Notes: generated from the sequence alone by a model not told the origin. Positions 22,610-35,308 are shown, numbered from the whole stretch's first letter. The stretch is DNA of 63,226 nucleotides, filler included, from Pelomyxa schiedti (GCA_020536535.1; 13 parts of 13 records of this genome joined end to end with filler, not necessarily neighbours in it), one strand, 5' to 3'. Translations and numbers: made by a program.

Positions 22610-22865
22610 TGTAAAATCATCATGAGAGTGTTATCGCCACAACTTGTTCCAATGTTTGGTGTGCGTAGGTCTCCATGCACCAGGCCGTTACTGTGAAGTA
22701 AGTCCACTGCATCTCTCAGTTCCTGGGAACTTGCTGTTGTAGTGGTGGTTGTGCTGTTGAATGCGCCCGTTGTAGGGGGTAATTTCTCGCCATTCCGTAG
22801 GGTACCACATAGTAGAGCTGCGGTGCAAAATGTCGTTGTGCCAGAAGATCATGTGCCTTGTGTTG
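22610..22865 (-). pseudogene. Frameshifted remnant of a Crinkler-type/APH-like protein kinase
   Basis: KAHDLLAQRHFAPQLYY followed, in another frame, by ELRDAVDLLHSNGLVHGDLRTPNI. Confidence 0.55.
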
Positions 22866-25349
22866 TTTGAGAAAAAAAAACCGATTCAAGGTCGAAAAAA
22901 GATGAGACCTGCCTTGGCAAATCATCACCTTTTATGATCCTCGGTCTCTTTGTCTGTACAATCGATTCAGTATTCACTTCGTTCACAATTCCAGCAGTAA
23001 CTACACTGATGTTAGTATCCAGGAGCCACACAGACAAAAAACAAAGGATGGTCCTACCCAAGCAGTATTCGGTTCTGTACCATTGCCACATACAACCTGA
23101 GAGTTATTGACCCGCGGTAGTTGTCCTTGCGATAATTCCCCAGCCGAATGTGCTGGCACATTACCGGGGTTCCATCACACCACTGCAGCACTGTTCGTGG
23201 AGAATGGAGCGATAGGTTTTGCCAGATCAAAGCCTCAAAGCCACAGTCATCCACCTCCTCCCCTTTGGTGCCATCAAATGAAGGGTGATCACAAAGCACA
23301 AGGTCAACGAAATCGCTAGAAACATATGACGGTGCTCCCGTCCGCTCGCATGACCAAAGCTGGCGCCGATGCCGTCGGCGAGGACGGCGGGCGAGGGCTG
23401 CGTGTACGCCGCCACGACGTGACGCATGCGAGTTCAAGTTCAGGAGACGAAGTGAGGTACGTGGACAACAAGTAATACAGCAAGCTCCGCACTCTCCATG
23501 CGCGTTGCGCTCCCGCCACCCTTGGTCACGACTCTACAGATATTAATAATTCAAAAAGACCGTGGGTGTTCTTTAGCAGCCTGAATTCCCAATCAAAAAG
23601 AAGGCCTGTTCCTTTAAAAGTTGGAGTGAAATTAAGAGCTTTTTTTGGCTTTATTCAACAAAGTTACTAGGGTTACGAGGGTGTTACTGGATGGATACCT
23701 CAAAAGGAGCTTCTGGTAGTTTATGGCTGGCGCACAAGGTCCACAACTGTTGGGTGCAACTTGTGAAAGTGGTAGTTGTGGTGTTGGAGGTTGTTAAATT
23801 ATTCAGACACCACAGCATAGTCAGGTGTTGCATACACCACAATGTCAGTGAGACAATTATCTTGAGCTGTTGAGCACTTCCCCACTTGCAATGCAACACT
23901 GCTGCACAGGCCTCAGTGTCACCTCCCCTCCCCCATGTGCCATTTGAACAGGGAAATCCCAAAAGGGAAAAACACCTCAAAATGCGTCACAGTGATGCCC
24001 ACCATGACACATTCTGAGCAGGATTCATCCCAACCTTAAGCCAGATGGCACTGGGCCTGGCTGCACACTCCAGAAAAAAGTGCCATTGCTGTTTTTATGT
24101 TTTCTTCTCCACACAAAAGTGTGAACAACGTGAGCCACTTTTGTGGTTTCCTCTTTTTTTTCTTATCTTTTACTGCACTAGGTAGCTGGTGCTTTTATAT
24201 GCACTGATGCACACTAATGGAGGAGAAACTTTGGTTATTAGTTGGTTCCTCATCTCCAAAGTTTGTTGTAAACATACTGTGTCCTTGTGTGTGGAGTGCA
24301 GTTCATTGTCTGACAGCAAAGCCAGAGAACAAGAACAAGAACAAGATCAAGAAATTCCTTTATGTTTGTTGTTTGTTTTGATTTACAAGGTTTGAGTTAT
24401 GATTCTAAGGGCAGAGTGGTCACAACTCAGCTGCTGATTTATCTTTCTCTGTTTTTATTTTTTGAGTTCTCACATTTTATAACCAGGTGCTGTTTTAGAG
24501 ATTCGTTGAGAGGCAGACAGGAACAGGGAGAACTGAAGGCAAAAGCAGGTGCACACCCAGGATGGAGCCAGTATTCCTCTTCTTTGAGTACCCAATATAC
24601 TCACCTCAAATTTCTAGGTACTTTCCTGTATTCAACTTTGCAGTGGGGGTGCTGGCATTGGGGCCTGTGTGATTCAGTGAATCCACAGGCAAACTCTTCA
24701 ATCAAAGCCTTTATTTCAATCGAATTCATCTCTTTCTGTTCCGTTACTGAGTGAGTATCCCCATCTAAGTTCAAACACAACATACACAGAAGCATACATC
24801 CCTTTGACTTCCAGCAGCTCACACCTCCACCAGATCAACTAAAATAAACACTTTGTTTCCTCTTTATCTTGCTTCAGTACGAACACATCTGTCACTCCCT
24901 GTCAGTACACTCACATCTGGAGGTGTGGTTCTGACAGACCTGAATCATGGTCTGGTGACACAGTTGTGTGACAAACACCCAAGTAGGAGCTGATACCACC
25001 CCTGGCAAGAGACAGGACCACTGTGGTGGAGGACATAAGCACTACACAGAGTTGCTTGAGGCACTGGAGGGAACAAGGTGGAAAGCACCAGCTATCTCCT
25101 TTCATGGTCTGACTAAGAAGCTGAGTGGAAACTACCTGGTCACAAACCCGCTGAGATGTACCAGGAAAGAAAAGTTTTCCGGCTTAACATAATACTTCCT
25201 AACCTGACATCTATGGGTTTTGATTAGCGGAATACAACCAGAATGAAGTTACCTGCATTGGGACAGGAGAACACCAGCGGCAGTTGGAATGACTGCTGGT
25301 TGTAGTTTTTCTTTCAGAAACCTGAGTTTCGGCAAGTATGAACTGTGGA

Positions 25350-27865
25350 GGGAATTCTGCCGGCAATGGTTGCCCACTTTCATTACAAGGAACTGCAAGT
25401 GATATTAGTCATAATGATCATTTCCACAAGTTGTTGTTGGTTATCAACACACAATGACCAGCCGATTCTACCACATGTACTTGTAGTAACCTGCTCAGAG
25501 TTTGGCGTGATCCCACATTGTAAGCGGCACTTGACGAATTACTGCAATGCAAAGCTGATCCTGCCTTGAGATGAGAGGTGCACAGTTTTGTGGTAGAAAT
25601 TGCCACGTCAGGATTGATTTCTCTGTACTGGAATAAGTTGGTGGAAGAGTGCGGTGGTGATAGAGGAACTACTTGCCAGTGAGCCAGGGCTGTTAAAGGA
25701 AATGTGAAACATAGGTTCAAGTAATCTTTGTTTTTAACTGACAAATCATTTAGGGTTGATAAACTGATTTTATGACAATTCTGAGAGTGGAAATTGATAC
25801 GTAGCTTTGTAGTTAATCCATGTGCAATCAAAACATTAGGTACATATTCCTCTGAGAGGCAGAGTTAAATTCAATAATCTCAATAAAACTAACTGCTTAA
25901 TAAAACACAAATACAAGCCCATACAGCAATAAATAAATCAAGTTGTACTATAATACATAGCTTTGGATTTCTGAGCTTTGATTCTGCCTCTCTAGCATTT
26001 CCACATTTGCCAAAACACTTGCTAGATGTTGTATGCATAATTCCCATCATTTCTGTACTGGAAAGTAAGCTGTCAAAGTGGTACCATCTTGTCTTCCAGC
26101 AGAGGCTCCATGGTGACAAAGGTGTTTCTAGGTATGTCAGCTTCTTCATGAACTTCTCATAGTATTCTTGTACTGATTTGTTTCCTTGTTTCAGCTTCAT
26201 GATATCCCAAGGAAACAAATCAGTACAAGAATATTATGAGAAGTTAGTGAAGAAGCTAACACCTTTGTCTGCTGACACTGAGAAGGGCCACTTCATTGAA
26301 GGCTTTTTTGGTGAGTCCAAGAGCTTGAGTGACACACTAATTTCTTTGGTAAGCTGGGGCACATCAAGAGTCAATGCAACAAGCTGGCAAGGAGAGCATA
26401 TCACAGCTACAAGAGCTGGACCCCAGCAATGCAAACAACAACAGGAATGCCAAAGAGTCCAGCCCCATTGCCAGCAAAGACCCCAGTAGTGTGCTTCTCA
26501 TGTGAAAAACTAGTACATATTTCTGCAAATTGTTACAAGTCCAATAATAAATCCCAAAAACACCACTATAAGAGTGTTAACTTTCTTGGTAAGAGGTTGG
26601 AAGGGGAAGTGGAAGTGGAGGAGACCACACCTGAGGCTGCAGTTTCACCAAGGGTGGAGGCAGATACTGCTACAACTGCTAAGCAGATACCATAGAATAC
26701 TCTACAAAATTCATCACCCAAAGCCGAGACCAAGAAGAAAGAAAGTACCTGGGTATGCACAGTGCTTGCCAAAGTCAACAAGCATGCAGTACCTATACTA
26801 GTTGACACAGGATTGGCAATCTCTGTCATCAGTGAGGACACTGTGGACAGATTAGCACAAGATATACAAGTGGATAACTCACCTAACAAAATCATTGGTC
26901 GCAGAAGACAATCTGGTCACAGTGGAAGTGGCAACGTCAAACCACTCAGTATTCTGGCTGGGCAAGCCATTGGCAGCTTATGCAGCAGACAGGACAGGAC
27001 AGTGCCTGGGAAAATCGAGAGACCATAGTCAATGGTAAGAAAAGCAAGATTTTAGAACGCAGGAGCTACATTCCAGAGAGCTATGAATTCCATATTCCAA
27101 GGCAACCAGTGGATACATGTTCTAACTTACATCAACGATATAATAATCTTCTCTAAATCATTTAGTGAGCATATGGAACATTTGGAAGAAGGTTTTAAAT
27201 GCCTGTACAAGGCAGGAGTTCGATTGAAGCCCAGCAAGTGCATGTTCTGCACCAAGGAGATCCACTTCCTAGGACATGTCATCAGCCGAGAAGGAATCAG
27301 ACCAGATCCAGACAAGATACGAGCTATAGTTGACATGCCAGCGCCAAAGAGCAAGGAAGAACTCAGACGATTCTTGGGTCTCACTGGCTACAATCGTCAG
27401 TACATCAAGAACTACGCTAACAAGGTGCAGTGGAGGAAAACGCCATGAACCTGCTGAAGAAGGCACTGACTCAGCCCCAATACTTGCGCACCTTGCGTGG
27501 GAAGAAGCATTCAACCTGGAGATAGACACCAGCAAAGAAGGTATAGGAGTAATATTAAGTCAAGGAAAGCCAGGAGAGAGAAATTACCGAGTTATCAGTT
27601 ACTGGAGCAGGAAACTGAAGCAGTACGAAAGGAACTATGCTATCATGGAGTTGGAAGCTCTAGCAGTAGTATGTGGAATACTGCGCCACAGAGAGTACCT
27701 AGACCATGGCCCGTGGCACCTTGTTAGCGTAGTTCTTGATGTACTGACGATTGTAGCCAGTGAGACCATAGTCAATGGTAAGAAAAGCAAGATTTTAGAA
27801 CGCAGGAGCTACATTCCAGAGAGCTATGAATTCCATATTCCAAGGCAACCAGTGGATACATGTTC
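25350..27865 (+). mobile_element. Decayed, rearranged Ty3/gypsy LTR retrotransposon (gag, protease, partial RT, RNase H)
   Basis: gag QGNKSVQEYYEK; zinc knuckle CFSCEKLVHISANC; protease ILVDTGLAISVIS; RT NAGATFQRAMNS...YINDIIIFS (YxDD changed to YIND) and KCMF..KEIHFLGHVIS; RNase H EIDTSKEGIGVILSQ...RNYAIMELEALAVV. Contains stops, frameshifts and inversions. The left boundary is approximate. Confidence 0.92.
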
Positions 27866-28171
27866 NNNNNNNNNNNNNNNNNNNNNNNNNNNNNNNNNNN
27901 NNNNNNNNNTTAATTAATTAANNNNNNNNNNNNNNNNNNNNNNNNNNNNNNNNNNNNNNNNNNNNGTGCCAAGGACGGGATCAGCCGCTCCCCAACTTCT
28001 CAAAGAACAGGCCCACATAAATTGGACACCCTCCCCTGGCTGTTCGCACAGAGTGGTAACCTGTAACGCGGGCTGATTTTCTACTTTCTCATCCTTCCGT
28101 GTCATTTGAAAATGTTAATTTAATTTAGTCAAGGCGTCTATAGGTACAGGTTCCTCACATTTACAAGTGCC

Positions 28172-31100
28172 TTAGTGTGTATCCGTGGTTGGTGTTGTGG
28201 GTGGTTGTGATTGTGATGATGTATCTGGTGTTGGTGCAGTTACAGATGTGCACTTGGAGAATGTGCTGGCTGTCAATATGATCGTCGTGGATAGTTCTTG
28301 CAGCTTCTGGGTCACATTGGCAAGGCGTGAATAGTCATAGTGGGTTGGCGGTGTGACCGACACCATTTCCTGTTGTAGCCGGAAAATATCCGCGGTTAGA
28401 GCCAGTTAAAAGGAGGATAATAGAACCTGGAGGAATGTGCGGTATTGCGAAATTCTATGCACTGGCTGAATTAATTGTTGCTTCAGTTTCTCCTGTGATA
28501 CACCCTATAAAGAAATTCACAATTCGGAGTGTAATGGATATTGTGTTACCGGGCAGGCGGATATCAACTCCGTCAAGTTGCGTATTTTTTCACAAAACTT
28601 TGTCGTGTATGCCAGGTAGGCTTCAGAAAATGCCGATAACTTGGGAGAGTTATTTTTGGTTTGTTGTATGACTTTTGAAAGATACCCTATCGGTAAATAT
28701 ATCACAAATCGTGGTTTTTGTTTCCCATTCAGACTCCCGAAGTGTCAAAAGAGTATGGATTCTAGTATGAAATCAACTGGGCAAGTGAAAATTTGGAAGC
28801 TGTACTCCTCATGTAACTTCAGAATCCTAGTCGCATCAGAGTAAAGTTGCTCAAATGGCTTTAACTGCTTCTGGTTGACAGTTAAGCTGTCACTCAAGAG
28901 TACCTTCTCTGTGACTACACGGAGCCCCTGGTGTGGAATTAGAAGAGTGGTGAAAGAAACTGATACATTATGAAGATCATGCAGAGCTAAAAGGTACTCT
29001 GTTTCAGATTTTGCAATTGTTCTCATGACTTGTTTTCTTTGTGCCTCAACGTGCACGTATTCCTCGCGCTTCTTTTGAAGGATTGTTTTGTCCTACATAA
29101 CGTTAGCGGTGCTTATTTTGAGAGTATCATCATGACCTGTTTTCTTTCAGAGTCATCAAGCTGGTCTTCAATTGCCCCGGCAATTAACCTTCTAAAGTCA
29201 CTTACCCATGAATCCCGGTCGCTTGTGGATGTAGTAACTACGGCTAATCTTCCTCCTGGTGTCACAATAGTAAAAGTGCACGTGCCAGTCCCAGTTCCAA
29301 TAACACCATTGCCCACATCAAGAGCACATCTGAACAGTTCCACCGCTTGTACAAATTCGAACTTTGCAACAGGAGTTCCTGAAAATGCAGCTGAGAGTGC
29401 ATGAGGTGAAGGAACTGTTTCGGGAGGGGTGCCACTTCCTGATGTAGGTGTCGAAGGAAGATTTGCGATTGTGGATCGAGGTGGAATGGAAGGAGAAATT
29501 GGGGGAGGAGTTGGGAACACAACACCCAACACCCCTACACCAACCACTCCTGTCACTGACCCTCCTCCAACTCCACTGCCACTTGAAGTGGCAGAGCCTC
29601 CACCCAAGCTTGTCACACATACACTTGTCGACGATGGAGGAGGTACTTTGCTTGAGCTTCCCAATTTTCCCAGGAAGGATTTTTGTGAGCTCTGCGGCTT
29701 GGTAATAACCAATGTGTGATCAAATAAGAACATATGCTGCTTCTTGCTGTTGACTTGTGTAGGGCCATGTCTGACGAGGGTTTGAGCAATGCCAGTACCC
29801 ACAGTTGAGGGAAGAGCGGACTTCGAGGAAGTTGTTACAGTGGTGCGTGTAAGTGGCGGTCCCGAGTACTTGAATATGAGGTGTGTTACCCTAAGGGTTG
29901 TTACCCGATCTGCTACACTTAAAGTGCGGGTGTAAAGGGTAATAGTAGAGAGGTAGTCTGGATGTTCCTGAGGAGTTTGCTGCAGAAGCTGGAAAGCCAA
30001 ATCGCAAACTGAAACAAATGTGAGAAATTTAATATTTTCTCATATGTACATTTGTAGAGGTGAGTTAGGGGTTCCTGTAGAAAATTTTCTTGTGGTGTTC
30101 CGTCAGTCTTAATACAATAAATAAGGAAAGTTGAAGGAAGCACGGAAATACCAGGCGAGGATCAGTAGAAATATCCATGTTCAGCACGAGATTGCGTGTC
30201 ACGTAAAGGGAATACACCGACTTCCACGGAGCTGTCTATACTCCAGCATTAGGGAAATATGAATGTACTGCCGAACCTTGTTTAGTAAGTACTGCCCAAT
30301 CATTGGGTCATTTAGGTGAAGGGCCAAATCGGAAATAAACCTAATGAAGGTTATCTGGGTGCATGGAATGGCAAGTACGCTTCGTGAAGAGCGAGAATTT
30401 TCTCAAAGTCCTTCAGGACAAGCTTTTTTTCATTTGGAGTGCGCTCATCACGTTCTGTCGAACTGGCAACTTTGGACTCTTCCGCAAGAAGGGCTTTCAG
30501 TAACTCCTATAGAACATTAAAATGGTGAAGTTTATTTTGCGCTCACATTCAGACCAGTTCGGAGAAGTGCGACGTAACGTTGCTGCAGAGACATGATTTC
30601 GTTAGCGTAGCTTGATCTCTTCGTTTCATCGAATTTAATACTTGCAGAGGCTGAGCTAGATACGTCAGATGTAGGAAGAGAGAGATTGCTCAAATCGAAT
30701 GTTTGCTTTGAAAGTAGTTCCTCTGCACCACTATCAAGGCCTCCAACAACATCAAATATCTCCTCGACGCTGATATTAACGTTCAGGTCGACGGGAGTTC
30801 TGCAAGACTTGGCCGTTTCCTCTCCAAAGTTGGCCATACTGAGGAGCTCTTTTTCCCAGGCAGACTGCTCTTCATCGGTTGGTAAACTACCACAAGAATC
30901 AGTCAAAGCACCCCTATCTCCCACTTCCTGAGTGCCCATCAACGCTCCTTCTTTACTTGTAACACTTCCACTATTCAAATTCACAGTAATATTGGCACCA
31001 CTTTCAGATTCATTTACATCAGAGGATGAACCACACCTGCCCTTGCCCACACCCCCGTTCTCGTAACCAATATTTGCAACTGCAGTGTCAAGACTGCCAA

Positions 31101-31422
31101 CCACCATGGTGACGTCATCGCGGGAGCCCCTGGGAGACTGAGAGCCCTGCCTGTACATCGAGAATCTAGTCCCACCGGTGGACACAGGCCGCCCCCGCGT
31201 CATAACAGGCGACTGAGGACCCCTTTTCATCGACGGCACCCACGTCGACGTAGTAGATCCGGGAGTAGCCGGTCTATCAGTTGATCTCGCCAACGGCGAA
31301 GAAGGAGAAGAGGAGGAGATCTCTACGTTGTCGTCTCGACCAGTTTTGGTCGCAGGGGAAAAATTGGCTTCGTCGTAATTTGTTTGGCAGGAACGAGCCG
31401 CGGCCGAATGACGGTGCGTCAT
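28172..31422 (-). CDS. Rho guanine-nucleotide exchange factor (DH-PH-DH-like), multi-exon
   Basis: DH start RSSYANEIMSLQQRYVALL; PH TLVRHG...HMFLFDHTLVITKP...SDRDSWVSDF; second DH start RKQVMRTIAKSETEYLLALHDL; a 44-nt GT-AG intron near 29093-29136. Confidence 0.72.
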
Positions 31423-31573
31423 TGTCGCGTTGGTGGGCGCTACTATGACAGCACTTGCCTGCCGCTTTCTGTTNNNNNNNNNNNNNNNNNNNNNNNNNNN
31501 NNNNNNNNNNNNNNNNNTTAATTAATTAANNNNNNNNNNNNNNNNNNNNNNNNNNNNNNNNNNNNNNNNNNNN

Positions 31574-33582
31574 CGGGTCCATTGGCCAAAATGGCGCTCT
31601 TTGAGGCTTTCGAAGACTTACACCTGGAGGTAATGATTGATGGATTGATTAGCTGAAAGAGTCTGATTCAACAAAAAATCAATCTTTACCACGCCTCAAA
31701 GAGCGCCATTTTGGCCAATGGACCCGCAGCATATAGCTCTTCTGGTATCATTGTCACCTGGTGTGCCCGGTTACAGTGCTGGCACATTAATGGAGCGGTC
31801 TTGTTTGCTGCCGCTGTTGTTGAAGTGGGTGTTGCTGGTTCGGCATCACTTTTTCCTTTTCCCTTTTTCAGGTTCATTTCTCTAAAAATGTGTATGCCGA
31901 GGCCGCTTATCTGTGTCGCGCGCAGAACGCCGTTGGAGTTCTCTCTCATACAAATTTTGTCATTTTCATTGAAGGTGTGAGTTCTTGGTTTGATGCTGTG
32001 CGATTTTCAACTGATGGTACTCTTGTCCAAATAAAAAGGTTCCGGTTCCTTCTCAGTTATAACCTTGATTCTTGCTTGCTTTTTTAACACCTACGCAAAG
32101 GGCGGAATTATGCACCAAATTTGCCTTGGAGCCATCTCAGACAGCCCTTTTTGCAATTTTGGCTGGTAACGGGATTATGAGGCTCGATGTCTGGCAGCAG
32201 TTCAACAGCACGCGGAAACTCTTGAATTTTGTCAGAACAACAAGCACAAGTGAGCTTCCCTCTGCAGCAGACTCAGAGCTGCAAGTGCTTTCCTGAGTTA
32301 GTGCCAACGATGTCCTCAAGGGGCACCAGGAGGCAATCATGAGTTCACTCAGGAACTTACGCCCAGTACCTCCAGACCCAGCCCCATTTCATGGTGCACG
32401 CCTAGTAATCGGCAGCCTTCTTAGGGGTGTGCAGTTCGACACACCAAGGTTCACCACACCGGGAGCGGAAGACACTGTGGCAATGTTGAAGCCCATCCTT
32501 GAGGTCATGAAGCTACCCAATAACACAGGGTGTTCCCTACGGCGACTTTCCCTGCTGCTCTCTGGTAAGCTCAACACTCACCCGTCTTCCTCTTATGCAC
32601 AACAGATCTGAGTGTCCACGAAGATTCTATTCCCTTGTCTACCAGGCCGAAACCTTGTCTCGGTGATTGCCTCTCTGACTGGGGCCTGCAACATCTCACC
32701 GGCACTCTGAAACGACTCACCACTCTGCCGGAGGGTGGGGCTCTGGGAGCTTCGCTGATTGTAGTGTCCCTGCTTCAGGGGTGTATTGCCAGGTGTTGCT
32801 GCGTACCCCTGCTTGGGCAAGTGCTTGCCCGCGGCCTTCCGTTGCAGTCTCATAGCTCTATATGCCCGTCACACCTTTACAACGCCCAGGCCTTCCTCCT
32901 TTTAATACGGCACATTGCAGCCTTAAACGTACTTCTCGGTGAACCACTGGGCAAAATGAGGGCAACCTCGTTATTCTCGTGGATTGGATTCCAAAATTTG
33001 GCATCCCACCATCCTCAACATAATCCTTCATTGGACAATGTGCGGCAAGTTTGCTGCAAACTTCTGAGTGGAACTCTCACAGACAAAGATTGGACCCAAC
33101 TGCAACAGCTCGCTACCCCACTCCCACAGCGCGCGCAGCCGCCACCACGCGAACAGCCCCCACCACGCGAGCAGCCTCCACCACGCGAACACCCACCGCA
33201 ACGAAGCCAGAAAACCAGGCCACAGCGGCGGTCAAAGGCAGTACCACCACCCCCTTTGCACCACGAAGAAGTTCACAGTGCTACTCAGGATGAACAAATC
33301 CTACCCCTGAAGAGGCCCGTACCCTCGGAAGAGGAATTACAATGTCGAGCAGATAAAGAAGCCAAACTTCTGAGTATCTTACAAGGTTCTTTACCACTTC
33401 CCATTGGCTACTTCAGTAACAAACCCACAGAAACCGGAGCAGTTCCACATAAGGTTACTTCCCTAACTGCTGCCATCCTGAAGGCCCACCTGCGCAAGGC
33501 GGGACAGCCCTATACAGGCATCAAGCTGAAACTAGTTGACCGCGCCCTTATGCGCTTGGCACGCGAGAACAGCGACTCTTAA
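31574..33582 (+). CDS. Asteroid/FAM120-like PIN(XPG)-fold protein with a C-terminal SAP-like motif; 5'-partial, catalytic acidic residues degenerate
   Basis: Spliced ALFEAFEDLHLE|VHFSKNVYAEAAYLC...VLSHTNFVIF; LFAILAGNG; HLYNAQAFLLLIRHIAALNVLLGEPL; SAP-like LTAAILKAHLRKAGQPYTGIKLKLVDR. Confidence 0.62.
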
Positions 33583-33651
33583 ACAAAACTCCTCCGTTAA
33601 AACCAAACAAAAAAAACTTTCGCTTTGACTGAAAACAACACAATTCCCATA

Positions 33652-34436
33652 ATGGCAGCATGTGGCGCTGTGGAGCTGGGCGTGTGCGTTGGTGGCCCGT
33701 GTGTTGTGGTGAAACCAGTTGTTTCACCCACACGTGCGTTGTGTCATAAATGCCCTCCAGGTTTCGTTTTTTTTCAAATTTCACTTTGTTGTCAACAGGT
33801 CCAGTTGTTTTTTTTTTTTTTTTTTCACTTATATGGTGAACAGGTGCTGCTGCAAGTCCAAACAGGGAAAAATGCGCAGTGCGTTTCAAGGCCAAACTTG
33901 GAGATTGCACTTGTTGTGGACAGGTCTGGGTCAATGTCAGGCGAGAGATTGAAGAATGCCTCTTGAGGGCTGTGAAAAAATGCATCAAAAGGGGCACTCT
34001 AGCTTCTTGGTTCTCGGAATTAACAAGGACTCCCTCTGATGTTGTTCACTTTGTGACATATGATGATAAAACTCATGTTGTGTTCCAAAATGGAGACCTC
34101 AACAATAAAGAAGCACTCAAAAGTCAAGTAAGAAGTGTAAGAGTTGGCAACGACACAAATATCAGTGCTGGGTTGGAGCGTGCATTTTCTTGTTTTTCTT
34201 CTTGTTCCACCCCAGACTCTACTGCTGCAATCTCACGGACCAAGAGAATTCTTCTTTTTTCAGGTTTGAGGGCATAAACACCATCCACTCACCTCTGATA
34301 TGTCAAAAGATGGCTATGCAAATGAGGGTGTTACATCCGTGGAGGGTTTGAAATCCATAGCTTCCCGGTTCCATGAGTCAGGTGTCTCTGTATCAACTTT
34401 TGGAATCGGTAACAAAACTATATAACCTTCTGAACT
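33652..34436 (+). pseudogene. von Willebrand factor A domain gene, 3'-partial, with an apparent frameshift
   Basis: MIDAS IALVVDRSGSMSG, then LVTYDD, TNISAGL, RILLFS|DGYANEG, VSTFGIG. The frame breaks after KNA (about 33960). Confidence 0.7.
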
Positions 34437-34536
34437 NNNNNNNNNNNNNNNNNNNNNNNNNNNNNNNNNNNNNNNNNNNNTTAATTAATTAANNNNNNNN
34501 NNNNNNNNNNNNNNNNNNNNNNNNNNNNNNNNNNNN

Positions 34537-35217
34537 GTGTCCAGCACCAAGCTAGACATACTTGTACACTCCAAGGTGCTTCAGTCCAAGTGGGACAGCC
34601 TCAAGCCGCCCGAGTGGCTCCTCGACGCCCTCCGCCTCGGCACCCACTGCCAGGGCTGCAAGCGGCCCCCCCGCAACCCCGCCGCCCAAGCTCCCGCTCC
34701 CTCCCCTTCCAATTCCCCGCTCTCATCCCCATCCACAACAACTCCCGCATCCCCCTCCACTTCTACCACCACCTCCACCTCCACATTATCATCATCGTCA
34801 TCATCAGTATCAGATTCTACAGCATCAGCATCAGCATCCGCAACAACAAACGCAAATGCAAATCCAAGTGCACCGGGGCAGCAGGCTCAGCAGTATGATG
34901 TGCCCAGTGGATTCGGGGTTCTGGCACTGCATGTACCGCTTGACGTGCAGCAGGACCGCCTGATTACTGTCATCGAGGCCAGCCGCGCCCCCGTGGAATC
35001 CGACTTTGACGACCCCGACGACGTGGAGCTGCCGTACCCGTCGAGCACTCTGGAGATCACTGACCGCGACCTGGCCAACATCCCCACCGTGTCGCAGCTG
35101 CTGTGGTCCGAGGGCAACGCCCCTGTTGACGACGTGGGGTTCTGGTCCAGGGCCCCAACAGCCCAACTCCTCGCAACGACTCTCACCCACCTCTCGAATG
35201 CTGCTGCCAAGTCCTAG
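34537..35217 (+). CDS. 3' part of a hypothetical protein with a Ser/Thr/Pro-rich linker
   Basis: 226-codon open frame from the contig start with coding-like GC3; no family recognised. Confidence 0.5.
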   Translation: MSSTKLDILVHSKVLQSKWDSLKPPEWLLDALRLGTHCQGCKRPPRNPAAQAPAPSPSNSPLSSPSTTTPASPSTSTTTSTSTLSSSSSSVSDSTASASASATTNANANPSAPGQQAQQYDVPSGFGVLALHVPLDVQQDRLITVIEASRAPVESDFDDPDDVELPYPSSTLEITDRDLANIPTVSQLLWSEGNAPVDDVGFWSRAPTAQLLATTLTHLSNAAAKS

Positions 35218-35308
35218 AACACATTAGCGTGGGTCTGGCCAGGGAGGGAATGCCTTCAACAACGCACTCTCTCTCATCACTGTTGTTGCTTCCAAGAATT
35301 GATCGCGA

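Noticed and set aside
21831-22614. Cys-rich ORF 21859-22065 and TM-containing ORF 22324-22614
   Set aside because: Frames are broken and no consistent exon chain or family could be built; possibly a decayed membrane-protein gene.
23054-25200. Short ORFs possibly belonging to integrase or other retroelement parts
   Set aside because: No HHCC or DDE motif could be identified with confidence.
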